This document shows, piece after piece, positions 42,847 through 51,919 of a stretch of DNA of 64,000 nucleotides (the stretch's first letter is position 1; every line of letters begins with the position of its first letter). A program made the position numbers and the translations under genes. Under the pieces are notes generated by a model that was given only the letters and a program-made list of their open reading frames with translations, had not been told where the DNA came from and did not search any database. This DNA is from Armatimonadota bacterium (lineage in GTDB: Bacteria > Sysuimicrobiota > Sysuimicrobiia > Sysuimicrobiales > Humicultoraceae), in the NCBI GenBank assembly GCA_037443365.1, contig JBBIOM010000004.1, positions 56,272-120,271 on the forward strand, read 5' to 3'.

Positions 42847-43090
42847 GTCACCAAGCCCCCACGAACATGTGATGTTCAATCTCTAGGGCCCCATATTCAA
42901 TCGTCATATCCATAATATTAACACGAATATTAAATAATGTCAATAGTCGAGGCACAAAGTTCAATCGCGGAAGCGGAGTCCACAAAGATCGGGCGTGGGG
43001 CGGCCAGTTGCGCGCCTGGACCCGCGGCCGCCCTGCAAAGGGAAGTGGCGATCCCCATCGCGAAGATGCCGAGTCATAGGCCTCCTGGGG

Positions 43091-43975
43091 ATGGTCATGC
43101 GACGCGCGTGGGGAGTGATGAACAAGGCCGGGCTGCTCCTGGGGGTGGCCCTCGTACTCGGGGCCCAGCCGGCTGCCGGAGGGGCGCGAGGCGCCGTGGG
43201 CGTGGACCTCCTCCGGACATCGGTGCGCCAGGGCGAGGTGCTGCGCCTGACCCTGCGCACGCCCTCGCCGGCGACCCGGGCCGAGGTCCGCTTCGCCGGG
43301 CGGCAGTGGCCCATCTACCCCGTGGGCAGGGGCGAGTGGCGCACGATCCTTGGCACGGACCCCAGTACCCCGCCGGGCCGTCACACCCTGACGGTCAAGG
43401 CGCTCTACTCGGGAGGTGCCGTACACATCACGCACAAGGCCCTGACCGTTGTCCGGGTGGCCTTCCCCAGGCGCGAGATCGTCTTCGATCCGGCGCTGGC
43501 GCCCCTATTGGCGCCCGAGGCAGCGGAGCGTGAGCGAAGGAAGGTGGCCGAGGCCCTTCGCACCCTTCATCCGCAGCAGCTCTGGACCGATCCGTTCATG
43601 ATGCCTCTTGCTGGGAAGGTGATCTCGGCCTACGGTACCCTCAACGTATATCATGGGCAAGCCAGGGGATTCCACGGGGGAGTGGATATCCTGGCGCCGG
43701 AGGGCACCCCGGTTCGGACGGCCGGGGATGGCATAGTGCGCCTGGCCGGGCCCCTCCCGCTCAGCGGCCAGGCGGTGCTGGTTGACCACGGGCTCGGGGT
43801 GGTCACCTCGTACCTGCACCTGTCAGAAGTCGGCGTGCGCGCAGGGGAGCGGATCAGAAGGGGACAGGTCCTTGGCCGCGTCGGGAGCACAGGGCTTTCA
43901 ACCGGCCCGCACCTGCACTGGGGAGTGCGGGTGAACGGGGTCAGGGTTGACCCGATACCGTGGCTGGGGCGGTGA
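43091..43975 (+). CDS. M23-family peptidoglycan endopeptidase
   Basis: Signal peptide, HGGVD, YLHL, STGPHLHW; start 43091 or 43118. Confidence 0.9.
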   Translation: MVMRRAWGVMNKAGLLLGVALVLGAQPAAGGARGAVGVDLLRTSVRQGEVLRLTLRTPSPATRAEVRFAGRQWPIYPVGRGEWRTILGTDPSTPPGRHTLTVKALYSGGAVHITHKALTVVRVAFPRREIVFDPALAPLLAPEAAERERRKVAEALRTLHPQQLWTDPFMMPLAGKVISAYGTLNVYHGQARGFHGGVDILAPEGTPVRTAGDGIVRLAGPLPLSGQAVLVDHGLGVVTSYLHLSEVGVRAGERIRRGQVLGRVGSTGLSTGPHLHWGVRVNGVRVDPIPWLGR

Positions 43976-43999
43976 TCGTCCGGTGCCTGGCCCTGGATG

Positions 44000-44365
44000 C
44001 TACTTGACGGTATAGAGCACGGCCAGCACCGGGGTTGACGACGGCACGGTCAGGCACCCTGCGGAGGCCATGGCAGCGTAGTCCGAGGCGCTGCGCGCCA
44101 GTTCGATAGCGCGGTAGTCCGCCGACGTGAGGGAGTGGTTGGGATCAAGTGAGGCGTGCTCGAGCGCATCGGACAGGGCGACGACCCCCATCATGAACGC
44201 GGTGCGCTCGGCTGATGCCATTCCGCCCCAGACCGAGCAGGAGTAACCCCGCACACCAGACTTCATGGCGTACTGGGCGATGGGGTTGGTCAGTTGCGCA
44301 GTCACCGCGGCTGCCGCAAGCACAACCACCAGGGGCAGGAGCAGGGCGAGAGAAATCCACCGCAT
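44000..44365 (-). CDS. Small hypothetical secreted protein
   Basis: SD AGGAGG, signal peptide MRWISLALLLPLVVVLAAAA, two Cys. Confidence 0.6.
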   Translation of the reverse strand: MRWISLALLLPLVVVLAAAAVTAQLTNPIAQYAMKSGVRGYSCSVWGGMASAERTAFMMGVVALSDALEHASLDPNHSLTSADYRAIELARSASDYAAMASAGCLTVPSSTPVLAVLYTVK

Positions 44366-44502
44366 CGAAGGCCTCCTTGGGTTTGTTTCGTGCAGCTTGT
44401 CTTGCTCGGGCGATGCGCGTGCAGATCGGGGATAAGAGAGGGGTACGAGAGGATGCGAATCCGGCACGAAGGCCACAGCACTCGCTCCGTCGTCGTTCCA
44501 GC

Positions 44503-44579
44503 TGGTCGGGCCGGGGGGACTTGAACCCCCGACCTCCTGAACCCCATTCAGGCGCGCTACCAAGCTGCGCTACGGCCCG
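44503..44579 (-). tRNA. tRNA-Pro(GGG)
   Basis: CGGGCCGTAGCGCAGCTTGGTAGCGC...CTGAATGGGGTTCAG...GGTTCAAGTCC...CCA. Confidence 0.95.
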
Positions 44580-44643
44580 ACGTCCAGCGCCAAGTATAGC
44601 ACTCGGCCGGGCGGCCTAACAACCGATCCGGGCAACCGCCGGG

Positions 44644-45258
44644 CTACTTGCCGGCAACGTGCCCTGGCCTGCCCGTGATCCGCAGTTCCTCCCCGCGCAG
44701 CAGTCGGCCGATGTTGGCACGGTGACGCCAGAACGCGAAGATCACGATGGCGACGCCGAAGACCAGGTGCGCGCGAGGCTCGGATCTAAGGTGCATCACC
44801 ACAGGGACCGACAGGACTCCCAGCAGGGAGGCGAGCGACGCGAACCGGGTAGTCAGGACCACGACGATCCAGACCCCGGCGGCGATCAGGCCGGCCTGTG
44901 GGGAAAGCGCCAGCAGCACACCGTAGGAGGTGGCCACTCCCTTGCCTCCGCCACCGCGCAGAAAGGGCGACCAGTTGTGCCCTGCCACGGCCGCTAGGCC
45001 TGCGGCGATCGCCGCAGCCGGCTCCAGCCCCAGGCGCCCCGCGACGACAACGGGCAGGAAGCCCTTGAGCAGATCCAGGACCAGCACGGCGGCCCCGGCG
45101 GCAGGGCCTGCCACCCGAAAGACGTTGGAGGCCCCAATGTTGCCGCTGCCCGCCTTGCGGAGGTCTCCTCCGGTGAGGACGCGCACCACCAGGAGACCGA
45201 ACGGGACGGCGCCCAGCAGATAGGCGCCCAGGATGACCGGCAGAGCAGCGCCTGTCAC
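44644..45258 (-). CDS. plsY: Glycerol-3-phosphate acyltransferase PlsY
   Basis: YLLGAVP, GSGNIGASN, DLLKG, GHNWS, GGKGVAT, HRANI. Confidence 0.95.
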   Translation of the reverse strand: MTGAALPVILGAYLLGAVPFGLLVVRVLTGGDLRKAGSGNIGASNVFRVAGPAAGAAVLVLDLLKGFLPVVVAGRLGLEPAAAIAAGLAAVAGHNWSPFLRGGGGKGVATSYGVLLALSPQAGLIAAGVWIVVVLTTRFASLASLLGVLSVPVVMHLRSEPRAHLVFGVAIVIFAFWRHRANIGRLLRGEELRITGRPGHVAGK

Positions 45259-46613
45259 GCGGACCCCTCCTCCCCTCTGCGCCGCCGAAGCACGAGCCGC
45301 AGCGGCGTACCGGTCAGGTCGAACGCCGTCCGGATCGCCCGCTCGAGATACCGCTGGTAGGCCTGCGTCATCCTGGCGGGGTCGTTGACGAACAGCAGCA
45401 CCGTGGGCGGGCGCGTCGCGGGCTGCGTGGCGTAGAACACCTTGAACCGGCGCCCGGAGGAGTCCGCGGGCGGCTCTCTGCTGGCCATCGCGTCACCCAG
45501 GACCCTGTTCAAGGTGCCTGTGGCGATGCGGCCGCGATGTGCCTCTGCCACGCGCGCTGCGACCTCGAACAGTTCGGCGATCCCCCATCCCCGCGTTGCC
45601 GAGACAGGGAGCATCGGGGCATAACCGATGAAGCGCAAGGCCCGCCGGGCGGCTTGCTCGCGCAGCCGGTCGGGTGCGGGCGAGGAGGCAACGCGATCCC
45701 ACTTGTTCATTGCCACGACGACTCCGCGCCCGGCATCGGCGATCGCGCGGCCGATGCGCTGGTCCTGATCGGATGTCGGCTCGGAGGCGTCCAGCACCAG
45801 CACGGCCACGTCGGAGCGCGCGATTGCGGCGCGGGTGCGGCCGGCGCTGTAGGCCTCGACCGGTGCTGCGATGCGCGCGCGGCGCCGCAGGCCGGCGGTG
45901 TCCACGAGCACGTAACTCCGGCCGCCGCGCTCGCAGGGAGTGTCAACGGCGTCGCGCGTGGTGCCCGGCGCAGCATCCACCACGACGCGCTCCTCGCCCA
46001 GCAGTGCGTTGACCAGTGACGACTTGCCCACATTGGGCCGGCCGACTACGGCCACGGCTATCGGCTCCAGAGCCGCGACCCCTTCTTCGGGCAGCGGCCC
46101 CTCGGCCGGGAGGAGGGCCACCAGCGCGTCCAGCAGATCGCCCGTCCCGCTACCGTGGAGGGCCGAGACCGCGAAAGGAGCCCCGAGCCCCAGCTCGAAG
46201 AACTCGGCCGCCGCGATCTGCAGAGCCGGCCCGTCAACCTTGTTGGCCACTACCAGAACCGGGATGCGCGCGCGCCGTACGATCTCGGCGATGTCGCGGT
46301 CCTCGGCCAGGACGCCGTCCTGCGCATCCACCACGAACAGGACCAGGTCGGCCTCCTCGATGGCGGCGTCGGACTGCGCCCGAACCCGTGCCTCGAGGCC
46401 CTCCGCCGGGGCCGAGCGGAGCCCGCCCGTGTCCACGAGCGTGAACCTCCGCCCGCTCCACTCGGCCGTCGCGTATAGCCGGTCCCGGGTGACGCCCGGT
46501 TGGTCTTCCACGATGGCGCCCCGCCGCCCGGTCAGGCGGTTGAACAGGGCGGACTTGCCCACGTTGGGCCGGCCGATAATGGCGACGAGCGGCATCGCGG
46601 CGCGAGGGGTCAT
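45255..46613 (-). CDS. der: Ribosome biogenesis GTPase Der
   Basis: Two GRPNVGKS G-domains (GVTRD and GTTRD) plus a KH-like C-terminus. Confidence 0.96.
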   Translation of the reverse strand: MTPRAAMPLVAIIGRPNVGKSALFNRLTGRRGAIVEDQPGVTRDRLYATAEWSGRRFTLVDTGGLRSAPAEGLEARVRAQSDAAIEEADLVLFVVDAQDGVLAEDRDIAEIVRRARIPVLVVANKVDGPALQIAAAEFFELGLGAPFAVSALHGSGTGDLLDALVALLPAEGPLPEEGVAALEPIAVAVVGRPNVGKSSLVNALLGEERVVVDAAPGTTRDAVDTPCERGGRSYVLVDTAGLRRRARIAAPVEAYSAGRTRAAIARSDVAVLVLDASEPTSDQDQRIGRAIADAGRGVVVAMNKWDRVASSPAPDRLREQAARRALRFIGYAPMLPVSATRGWGIAELFEVAARVAEAHRGRIATGTLNRVLGDAMASREPPADSSGRRFKVFYATQPATRPPTVLLFVNDPARMTQAYQRYLERAIRTAFDLTGTPLRLVLRRRRGEEGSA

Positions 46614-47479
46614 GGAGCCGGCTGGGCAGCCTGCCCCGGCGCGGCCCCAATAGACCGGAGCCGCTCGACCACCTCGGCGATGATCCAGTCAGGCGTACTG
46701 GCGCCGGAAAGCACGCCCACGCATCCGACGCCGTCGAACCAGGCCGCGACGATCTCGCGCGGGCTCTCCACGTGATAGGTAGGAAGCGAGCGAGCGCGGC
46801 CGATCTCAGCCAGGCGCGTGGTGTTGCTGCTGCGGTGCCCGCCGACTACGACCAGGGCGTCCACTGCCGCGACGATGTCCCTGGCCTCATCCTGCCGGAC
46901 GGTGATAGCCGGGCACAGCGTGTTGAAAACCCTCAGCTCTCGCGTCCGCGCCACGAGGTCGCCTACGATGTCCCGGAAGTTGTCCACGGACTGCGTGGTC
47001 TGGGAGATCACGCCGGCCCTGCCGCGCAGGCGCACCGCCGCGGCCTCCGCGCGGCTGTGCACCACGGTCAGGCGATCGCCCAGCGCTTCCTTGAGGGCAA
47101 CCATCTCCGGGTGCCCGTGATCGCCCACCGCGATCACCTGGTAGCCCTCCTCGGCCAGGCGGGAGGCAAGCGAGTGCGCACGCGTGACCACCGGACAGGT
47201 GGCGTCCACGACAATCATCCCGCGCGCCCTGGCGGCCTCCAGCACCGCCCGCTCCACCCCGTAGGCGGAGACGACGAAGGCCTCGCCGCGCAGATCGTCC
47301 AGGCCCTCGGCCACCTTCAGGCCGGCCTCCTCGAGCCGGCCCACTACCTGAGGGTTGTGTATGAGCGGGCCCCAGGTCCAAACACCCCCGGTGTACACCC
47401 GCAACGCGGCCTCGCACATCTCCACCGCGCGCCTTACCCCGCCGCAGAACCCCTGATGCCTGGCAAGCACTACCTCCAA
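46610..47479 (-). CDS. ispH: 4-hydroxy-3-methylbut-2-enyl diphosphate reductase
   Basis: GFCGGV, DATCPVV, HPE, SQTT, NTLC, SSNT, GASTP; TTG start inferred. Confidence 0.94.
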   Translation of the reverse strand: MEVVLARHQGFCGGVRRAVEMCEAALRVYTGGVWTWGPLIHNPQVVGRLEEAGLKVAEGLDDLRGEAFVVSAYGVERAVLEAARARGMIVVDATCPVVTRAHSLASRLAEEGYQVIAVGDHGHPEMVALKEALGDRLTVVHSRAEAAAVRLRGRAGVISQTTQSVDNFRDIVGDLVARTRELRVFNTLCPAITVRQDEARDIVAAVDALVVVGGHRSSNTTRLAEIGRARSLPTYHVESPREIVAAWFDGVGCVGVLSGASTPDWIIAEVVERLRSIGAAPGQAAQPAP

Positions 47480-47660
47480 GCCACACCCCGAGTACAAGCG
47501 TTCGTTATCCGAGGATATCAGACCCAACTAGCGCGCACAATCGCGCCTCAGGCACGCACGTCACTCAGGCGCACCACACCCGAGAGGGACTGCGCCCTGC
47601 CCCGGTGAAATGATTGGCATCGGCTCCATGGAAGGCACAAGAACAAGGGGGGTATCTGAC

Positions 47661-48674
47661 ATGGCGAGGATCACGGCAGTCGCGTTGACCGTGCTGCTGC
47701 TCGCAGGCCTGGTGACCACCGTCCCATCCCAGGCGGGCCCTGCCCCGTGGCGGCCTGCGCGCGCGATCACCATAATCGTTCCCTGGGCCGCCGGCGGATC
47801 CACGGACATGACCGCCCGGATCATGGCCAGCCAGATGGAGAAGCCGCTCGGCCAGAAGATCGTCATCATCAACAGCCCGGGCGCCGGCGGAGCGATAGGC
47901 ATGAAGGAGGCCTGGGACCGCCCCCGTGATGGCCTCACGTGGACCGCCAACTCCAGCACCGCAGCCATCAGCTACGCGGTGCTCGGGCAGCTCGACCTGA
48001 CCCACAGGGACTGGCTCTACTTCTACTCGCTCTACGCGCCCAACGTGATCGCGGTGCGCGTCGATTCGCCGATCAAGGACGTCCGGGGCCTTGTTGACGC
48101 CATGAAGGCACGGCCCGGCGCGGTCACAGTCTCGACAGCGGGCGCTGGCAGCTCCGGCCACCTGGCCGCCGAGACCTTCCGGCTGGCCGCGGGTACGACC
48201 TACCGTCACATCGCCTATGCGGGAGGGGCTCCTGCCGTGGTGGCGGCCGTGGCCGGCGAAGTGGAAGTGGTGATGCAGCTGTCCATGGAGGCCGCGGAGA
48301 TGCTGCGGGCGAAGCGGCTGCGCGCCCTTGCGGTGATGTCGAGCACCCCGCTCGAGCTCGACGGCTACGGAACCATCCCCGCGATCACGACCTTCATTCC
48401 CGCCTTCCCTGAGACCGGTTCGTACTTTGGGGTCATGGTCCCCAAGGACCTGTCAGGAGCGGTCGTCGCGGCGATTGACGAGGCGTTCCAGTTCGCCGCG
48501 GACACGTTCACGTTGCGCAGCTTCGCCAAGCACGTGGGCACGGCGCACGCCTCCCTGTCCGGGAAGCGCGCGTCCGACGTGACCGAGGCCAAGGCCAGAC
48601 GCGTGGCCTGGACGCTGTTCGATGCGGGGCTGGCCAGGCGATCTCCCGCGGACCTGGGCATTCCGAAACCGTGA
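47661..48674 (+). CDS. Tripartite tricarboxylate transporter substrate-binding protein (TctC/Bug)
   Basis: IIVPWAAGGSTD, PGAGGAIG, YAGGAPA. Confidence 0.9.
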   Translation: MARITAVALTVLLLAGLVTTVPSQAGPAPWRPARAITIIVPWAAGGSTDMTARIMASQMEKPLGQKIVIINSPGAGGAIGMKEAWDRPRDGLTWTANSSTAAISYAVLGQLDLTHRDWLYFYSLYAPNVIAVRVDSPIKDVRGLVDAMKARPGAVTVSTAGAGSSGHLAAETFRLAAGTTYRHIAYAGGAPAVVAAVAGEVEVVMQLSMEAAEMLRAKRLRALAVMSSTPLELDGYGTIPAITTFIPAFPETGSYFGVMVPKDLSGAVVAAIDEAFQFAADTFTLRSFAKHVGTAHASLSGKRASDVTEAKARRVAWTLFDAGLARRSPADLGIPKP

Positions 48675-49207
48675 CCCGCTTGCTAGCGGAAGCCGCCTCT
48701 GGGCCGGGGCGCGACGGACAACCCCCCCCGGCCCACAAGGCGTCCACGTCCTCGGTGGTTGACCTGGCAGCCGGTCTGGCGCTGGGCGCCCTCTCCCTGG
48801 TCTTCCTGATTGGGGCGCTGCGCATGCCGACGCAGACCTTGCACTGGACCTGGCTGAATGCGCCAGGGCTGGTGCCTGCCGTCCTCGCCGCCGCGCTGCT
48901 GGCCCAGGCCCTGTTCCTCGCTGCCAGGGGGGCAAGACGCCTGGGCATACGCCGCCAGGGGACGGCCTGGCATACCGCGGCGGTGCGGTGGGGAGCAGGG
49001 CGCGTCGCCCTAACGCTGGCCTCTGCCCTCGCCTTTGCGCTCCTGCTGGGACGCATGCCGTTCGCGGTCCTCACCGCCATCTTCGTCTTCTCCATGACGC
49101 TGGCATTCAAAGGGGCGAGCGTGTGGAAGGCCGCGGTATCCGCGCTCATCACCGCAATCGCGGTGACCTGGATCTTCACGCGCCTCTTCCTGGTCCCGCT
49201 GCCTTGA
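48671..49207 (+). CDS. TctB-family small membrane subunit
   Basis: About 4-5 TM helices; C-terminal FLVPLP; position in the operon. Confidence 0.8.
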   Translation: MTRLLAEAASGPGRDGQPPPAHKASTSSVVDLAAGLALGALSLVFLIGALRMPTQTLHWTWLNAPGLVPAVLAAALLAQALFLAARGARRLGIRRQGTAWHTAAVRWGAGRVALTLASALAFALLLGRMPFAVLTAIFVFSMTLAFKGASVWKAAVSALITAIAVTWIFTRLFLVPLP

Positions 49208-49211
49208 ACCC

Positions 49212-50732
49212 ATGACACCCTGGACGCTGCTCGTTGAGTTCACACGATTGCTGGCAAACCCGATGATGCTGGGGCTGGTGCTTCTGGGCGGGCAGATCGG
49301 CATCATCTTCGGCATGCTCCCTGGCCTGACGGCCACGATGGCGCTCTCGCTGCTCACGGGCCTGACCTTCGGGCTCCCGGTTGACTACGCGATCGCGGTG
49401 CTCTTCTCCACGTACGTGGGCGCGATCACGGGCGGCAGCCGATCAGCGGTGCTGATAAACATCCCAGGCACACCGGCGCAGGCGGCGGTGTGCCTGGATG
49501 GCTACCCGCTGTCAATGCAGGGGCGTGCCGCTCAGGCGATCGGCCTGTCGGTCACGGCTTCCACGCTGGGGACGCTCTTCGGGGTGTCAATGCTGGCCGT
49601 CCTTGCGCCGCTGCTGGGACAGATAGCCCTCAAGTTTGGAAGTTGGGAGTTCTTCTGGCTGGCGATCTTTGGGATCACGATCGCCGGGAGCCTCACCGCG
49701 CCCGCCGACCCGATCAAGGGTTGGATGGCCGGGTTCCTGGGCCTGCTGCTTGCCACGGTCGGCCTGGACGGCATCCACGCGTTCCCACGGTTCACGCTGG
49801 GCCGCGTCGAGCTGCAGGGTGGGTTCGCGCTTATCCCGGTACTGGTCGGCGCCTATGGGATGGGCGAGGTGCTCGGCGTGATGCGGCGCGACGAACGGCT
49901 CGTGGTCCAGACGCGCCTGGATCGTGTCCTGCCGCGCGTGCGCGAGGTGCTGCATCACTGGCGGCACATCCTGCGCTCGGGGCTCATCGGGACGGTGATC
50001 GGCGTCATCCCCGGCGTAGGCGAGGACATCGCCTCGTGGGTCTCCTACGACACCGCCAGGCGCACCAGCAGCAACCCCGACCAGTTCGGGAAGGGCTCGA
50101 TTGAGGGGCTGATTGCCGCCGAGACCGGCGACAACGCCTGCATAGGCGGCGCTACGATCCCGGTGCTCACGCTGGGCGTGCCGGGCAGCGCGCCGGCCGC
50201 AGTGCTGCTGGCCGCGCTCACGATCCACGGCATGCAGCCCGGCCCGCTGTTGGCCCTCAAGCACCCGCACGTGATCGCTGAGATAGTGGCCATCTTCGTG
50301 GCGGCCACGCTGGCCGTGTTCATCCTCAGTCTAACGCTCGTGCGACCGATGGTGCGGATCCTGCTGGTCCCGCGCCAGGCGTTGATGCCCATCGTCTACG
50401 TGCTCGCCGTGGTGGGTAGCTACGCGATCGCGGCGCGGAAGTTCGATGTGTACGTCATGCTGGGATTCGGGGTGCTGGGGTTCCTGATGCAGTCAGCCGG
50501 ATTCCCGGTTGCGCCGCTAGTGCTGGGGTTCATACTCGGGCCCATGGCAGACGACAACCTGCGGCGCGCGCTCACGCTCACCGCGGGTGATCCTGCGCCC
50601 TTCTTCACGCGTCCGATCTCAGCCATACTCGTGGCCCTCTCCGCGCTGACCGTGCTGAGCAGGACCCCCCTACCCCGATGGCTGGGCGACAGGTTCCGCG
50701 CCCTGCGCGAGCGACCAGGAGGTGTAGTCTAG
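49212..50732 (+). CDS. TctA-family large membrane subunit
   Basis: GMLPGL, INIPGTP, DGYP, AAETGDNA, TLGVPG, PGPLL. Confidence 0.92.
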   Translation: MTPWTLLVEFTRLLANPMMLGLVLLGGQIGIIFGMLPGLTATMALSLLTGLTFGLPVDYAIAVLFSTYVGAITGGSRSAVLINIPGTPAQAAVCLDGYPLSMQGRAAQAIGLSVTASTLGTLFGVSMLAVLAPLLGQIALKFGSWEFFWLAIFGITIAGSLTAPADPIKGWMAGFLGLLLATVGLDGIHAFPRFTLGRVELQGGFALIPVLVGAYGMGEVLGVMRRDERLVVQTRLDRVLPRVREVLHHWRHILRSGLIGTVIGVIPGVGEDIASWVSYDTARRTSSNPDQFGKGSIEGLIAAETGDNACIGGATIPVLTLGVPGSAPAAVLLAALTIHGMQPGPLLALKHPHVIAEIVAIFVAATLAVFILSLTLVRPMVRILLVPRQALMPIVYVLAVVGSYAIAARKFDVYVMLGFGVLGFLMQSAGFPVAPLVLGFILGPMADDNLRRALTLTAGDPAPFFTRPISAILVALSALTVLSRTPLPRWLGDRFRALRERPGGVV

Positions 50733-50734
50733 CA

Positions 50735-51919
50735 ATGGTCAGAATCGGCATGGCAGGCGCAGGCTTCGTCGCCGACATCCACGCGCACGCGTTGAAGAGC
50801 CTGGAGGGCCGCGCAGAACTCCGCGCCGTCTGCGCGGCCCGCCCGGAGCGCGCCGAGGCGTTTGCCCGTAGGTTCGGTATCGCAGGAATCCTCCCTGACT
50901 ACGAGGCGCTCCTGGCGCGGGACGACATCGACGCGGTGGATCTGTGTGTGCCCAACCACCTGCACGCGGAGATGGCGATTGCCGCGGCGCGCGCGGGCAA
51001 GCACATCATCGTCGAGAAGCCACTGACAGGGTACTTCGGCGAGGACTCACCCGAGGAACAGGTCGGCGCGACGGTACCGCGCCTCCACATGTGGGCCAAG
51101 GCCCGCGCGAACGCCCGAGGCGTGCTGGACGCCGTCGCCGCGGCCCGCGTACGCCTCTGCTACGCCGAGAACTTCGTCTACGCCCCGCCGGTCGCCAAGA
51201 TCAGGCGGTTCATCCGCCGGTGCGGCGGGGCGATCCTCGACCTGCGCGCCGAGGAGAGCCACTCGGGATCGCACGCGGCCTACTCGCGGCGATGGCGCAC
51301 CTCCGGGGGCGGGTCGCTCTTGAGGATGGGCTCGCACCCGGTGGGCGCGGTGCTGCACCTGAAGGCCTTCGAGGGGCAACTGCGGACCGGGGTGCCGGTC
51401 CGTCCGGAATGGGTGACCGCTGAGACCGCGCGGCTCACGGCCACGGACGTCTTTCGCGGTCTCCCTGAACGCTACGTCGTGGACGCCTGGGAGGACGTCG
51501 AGGACTGGGCGGTCGCGGTCATCGGCTTCGGCGACGGCACGCGCGCAACGGTCTTCTCGACCGACGTCTCGTTGGGCGGCGTGAAGAACACCGTGCAGGC
51601 CTACATGTCCAACGCGGTGCTGTGCGCCAACATCAACCCCAACAGTTCGGTTGTGACCTACGCGCCCGACGGGCGCATCCTGGAAGGCGAGTACATCGCC
51701 GAGAAGGTCGAGACCAGCGCGGGCTGGCAGTTCGTGTCCCCGGACGAGGACTGGATGCGCGGATACCCCCAGGAGATGGCCGACTTCGTGAACGCGGTCT
51801 CCAGCGGGGCGGAGCCGCTCTCAGGGCCTGAGCTGGCCTACGACGTGGTGGACGTAATCTACGCCGGTTACCTGTCGGCGGAGCAGGGCCGGCGGGTCGC
51901 GCTCACGGAGGTGCCGTAG
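50735..51919 (+). CDS. Gfo/Idh/MocA-family NAD(P) oxidoreductase
   Basis: GAGFVA, VPNHLH, GKHIIVEKP, GGGSL. Confidence 0.88.
   Translation: MVRIGMAGAGFVADIHAHALKSLEGRAELRAVCAARPERAEAFARRFGIAGILPDYEALLARDDIDAVDLCVPNHLHAEMAIAAARAGKHIIVEKPLTGYFGEDSPEEQVGATVPRLHMWAKARANARGVLDAVAAARVRLCYAENFVYAPPVAKIRRFIRRCGGAILDLRAEESHSGSHAAYSRRWRTSGGGSLLRMGSHPVGAVLHLKAFEGQLRTGVPVRPEWVTAETARLTATDVFRGLPERYVVDAWEDVEDWAVAVIGFGDGTRATVFSTDVSLGGVKNTVQAYMSNAVLCANINPNSSVVTYAPDGRILEGEYIAEKVETSAGWQFVSPDEDWMRGYPQEMADFVNAVSSGAEPLSGPELAYDVVDVIYAGYLSAEQGRRVALTEVP

Noticed and set aside
42863-42877. GAAC...GTTC as a LexA box
   Set aside because: The spacer is 7 nt, not 4. It is treated as part of the local repeat array.
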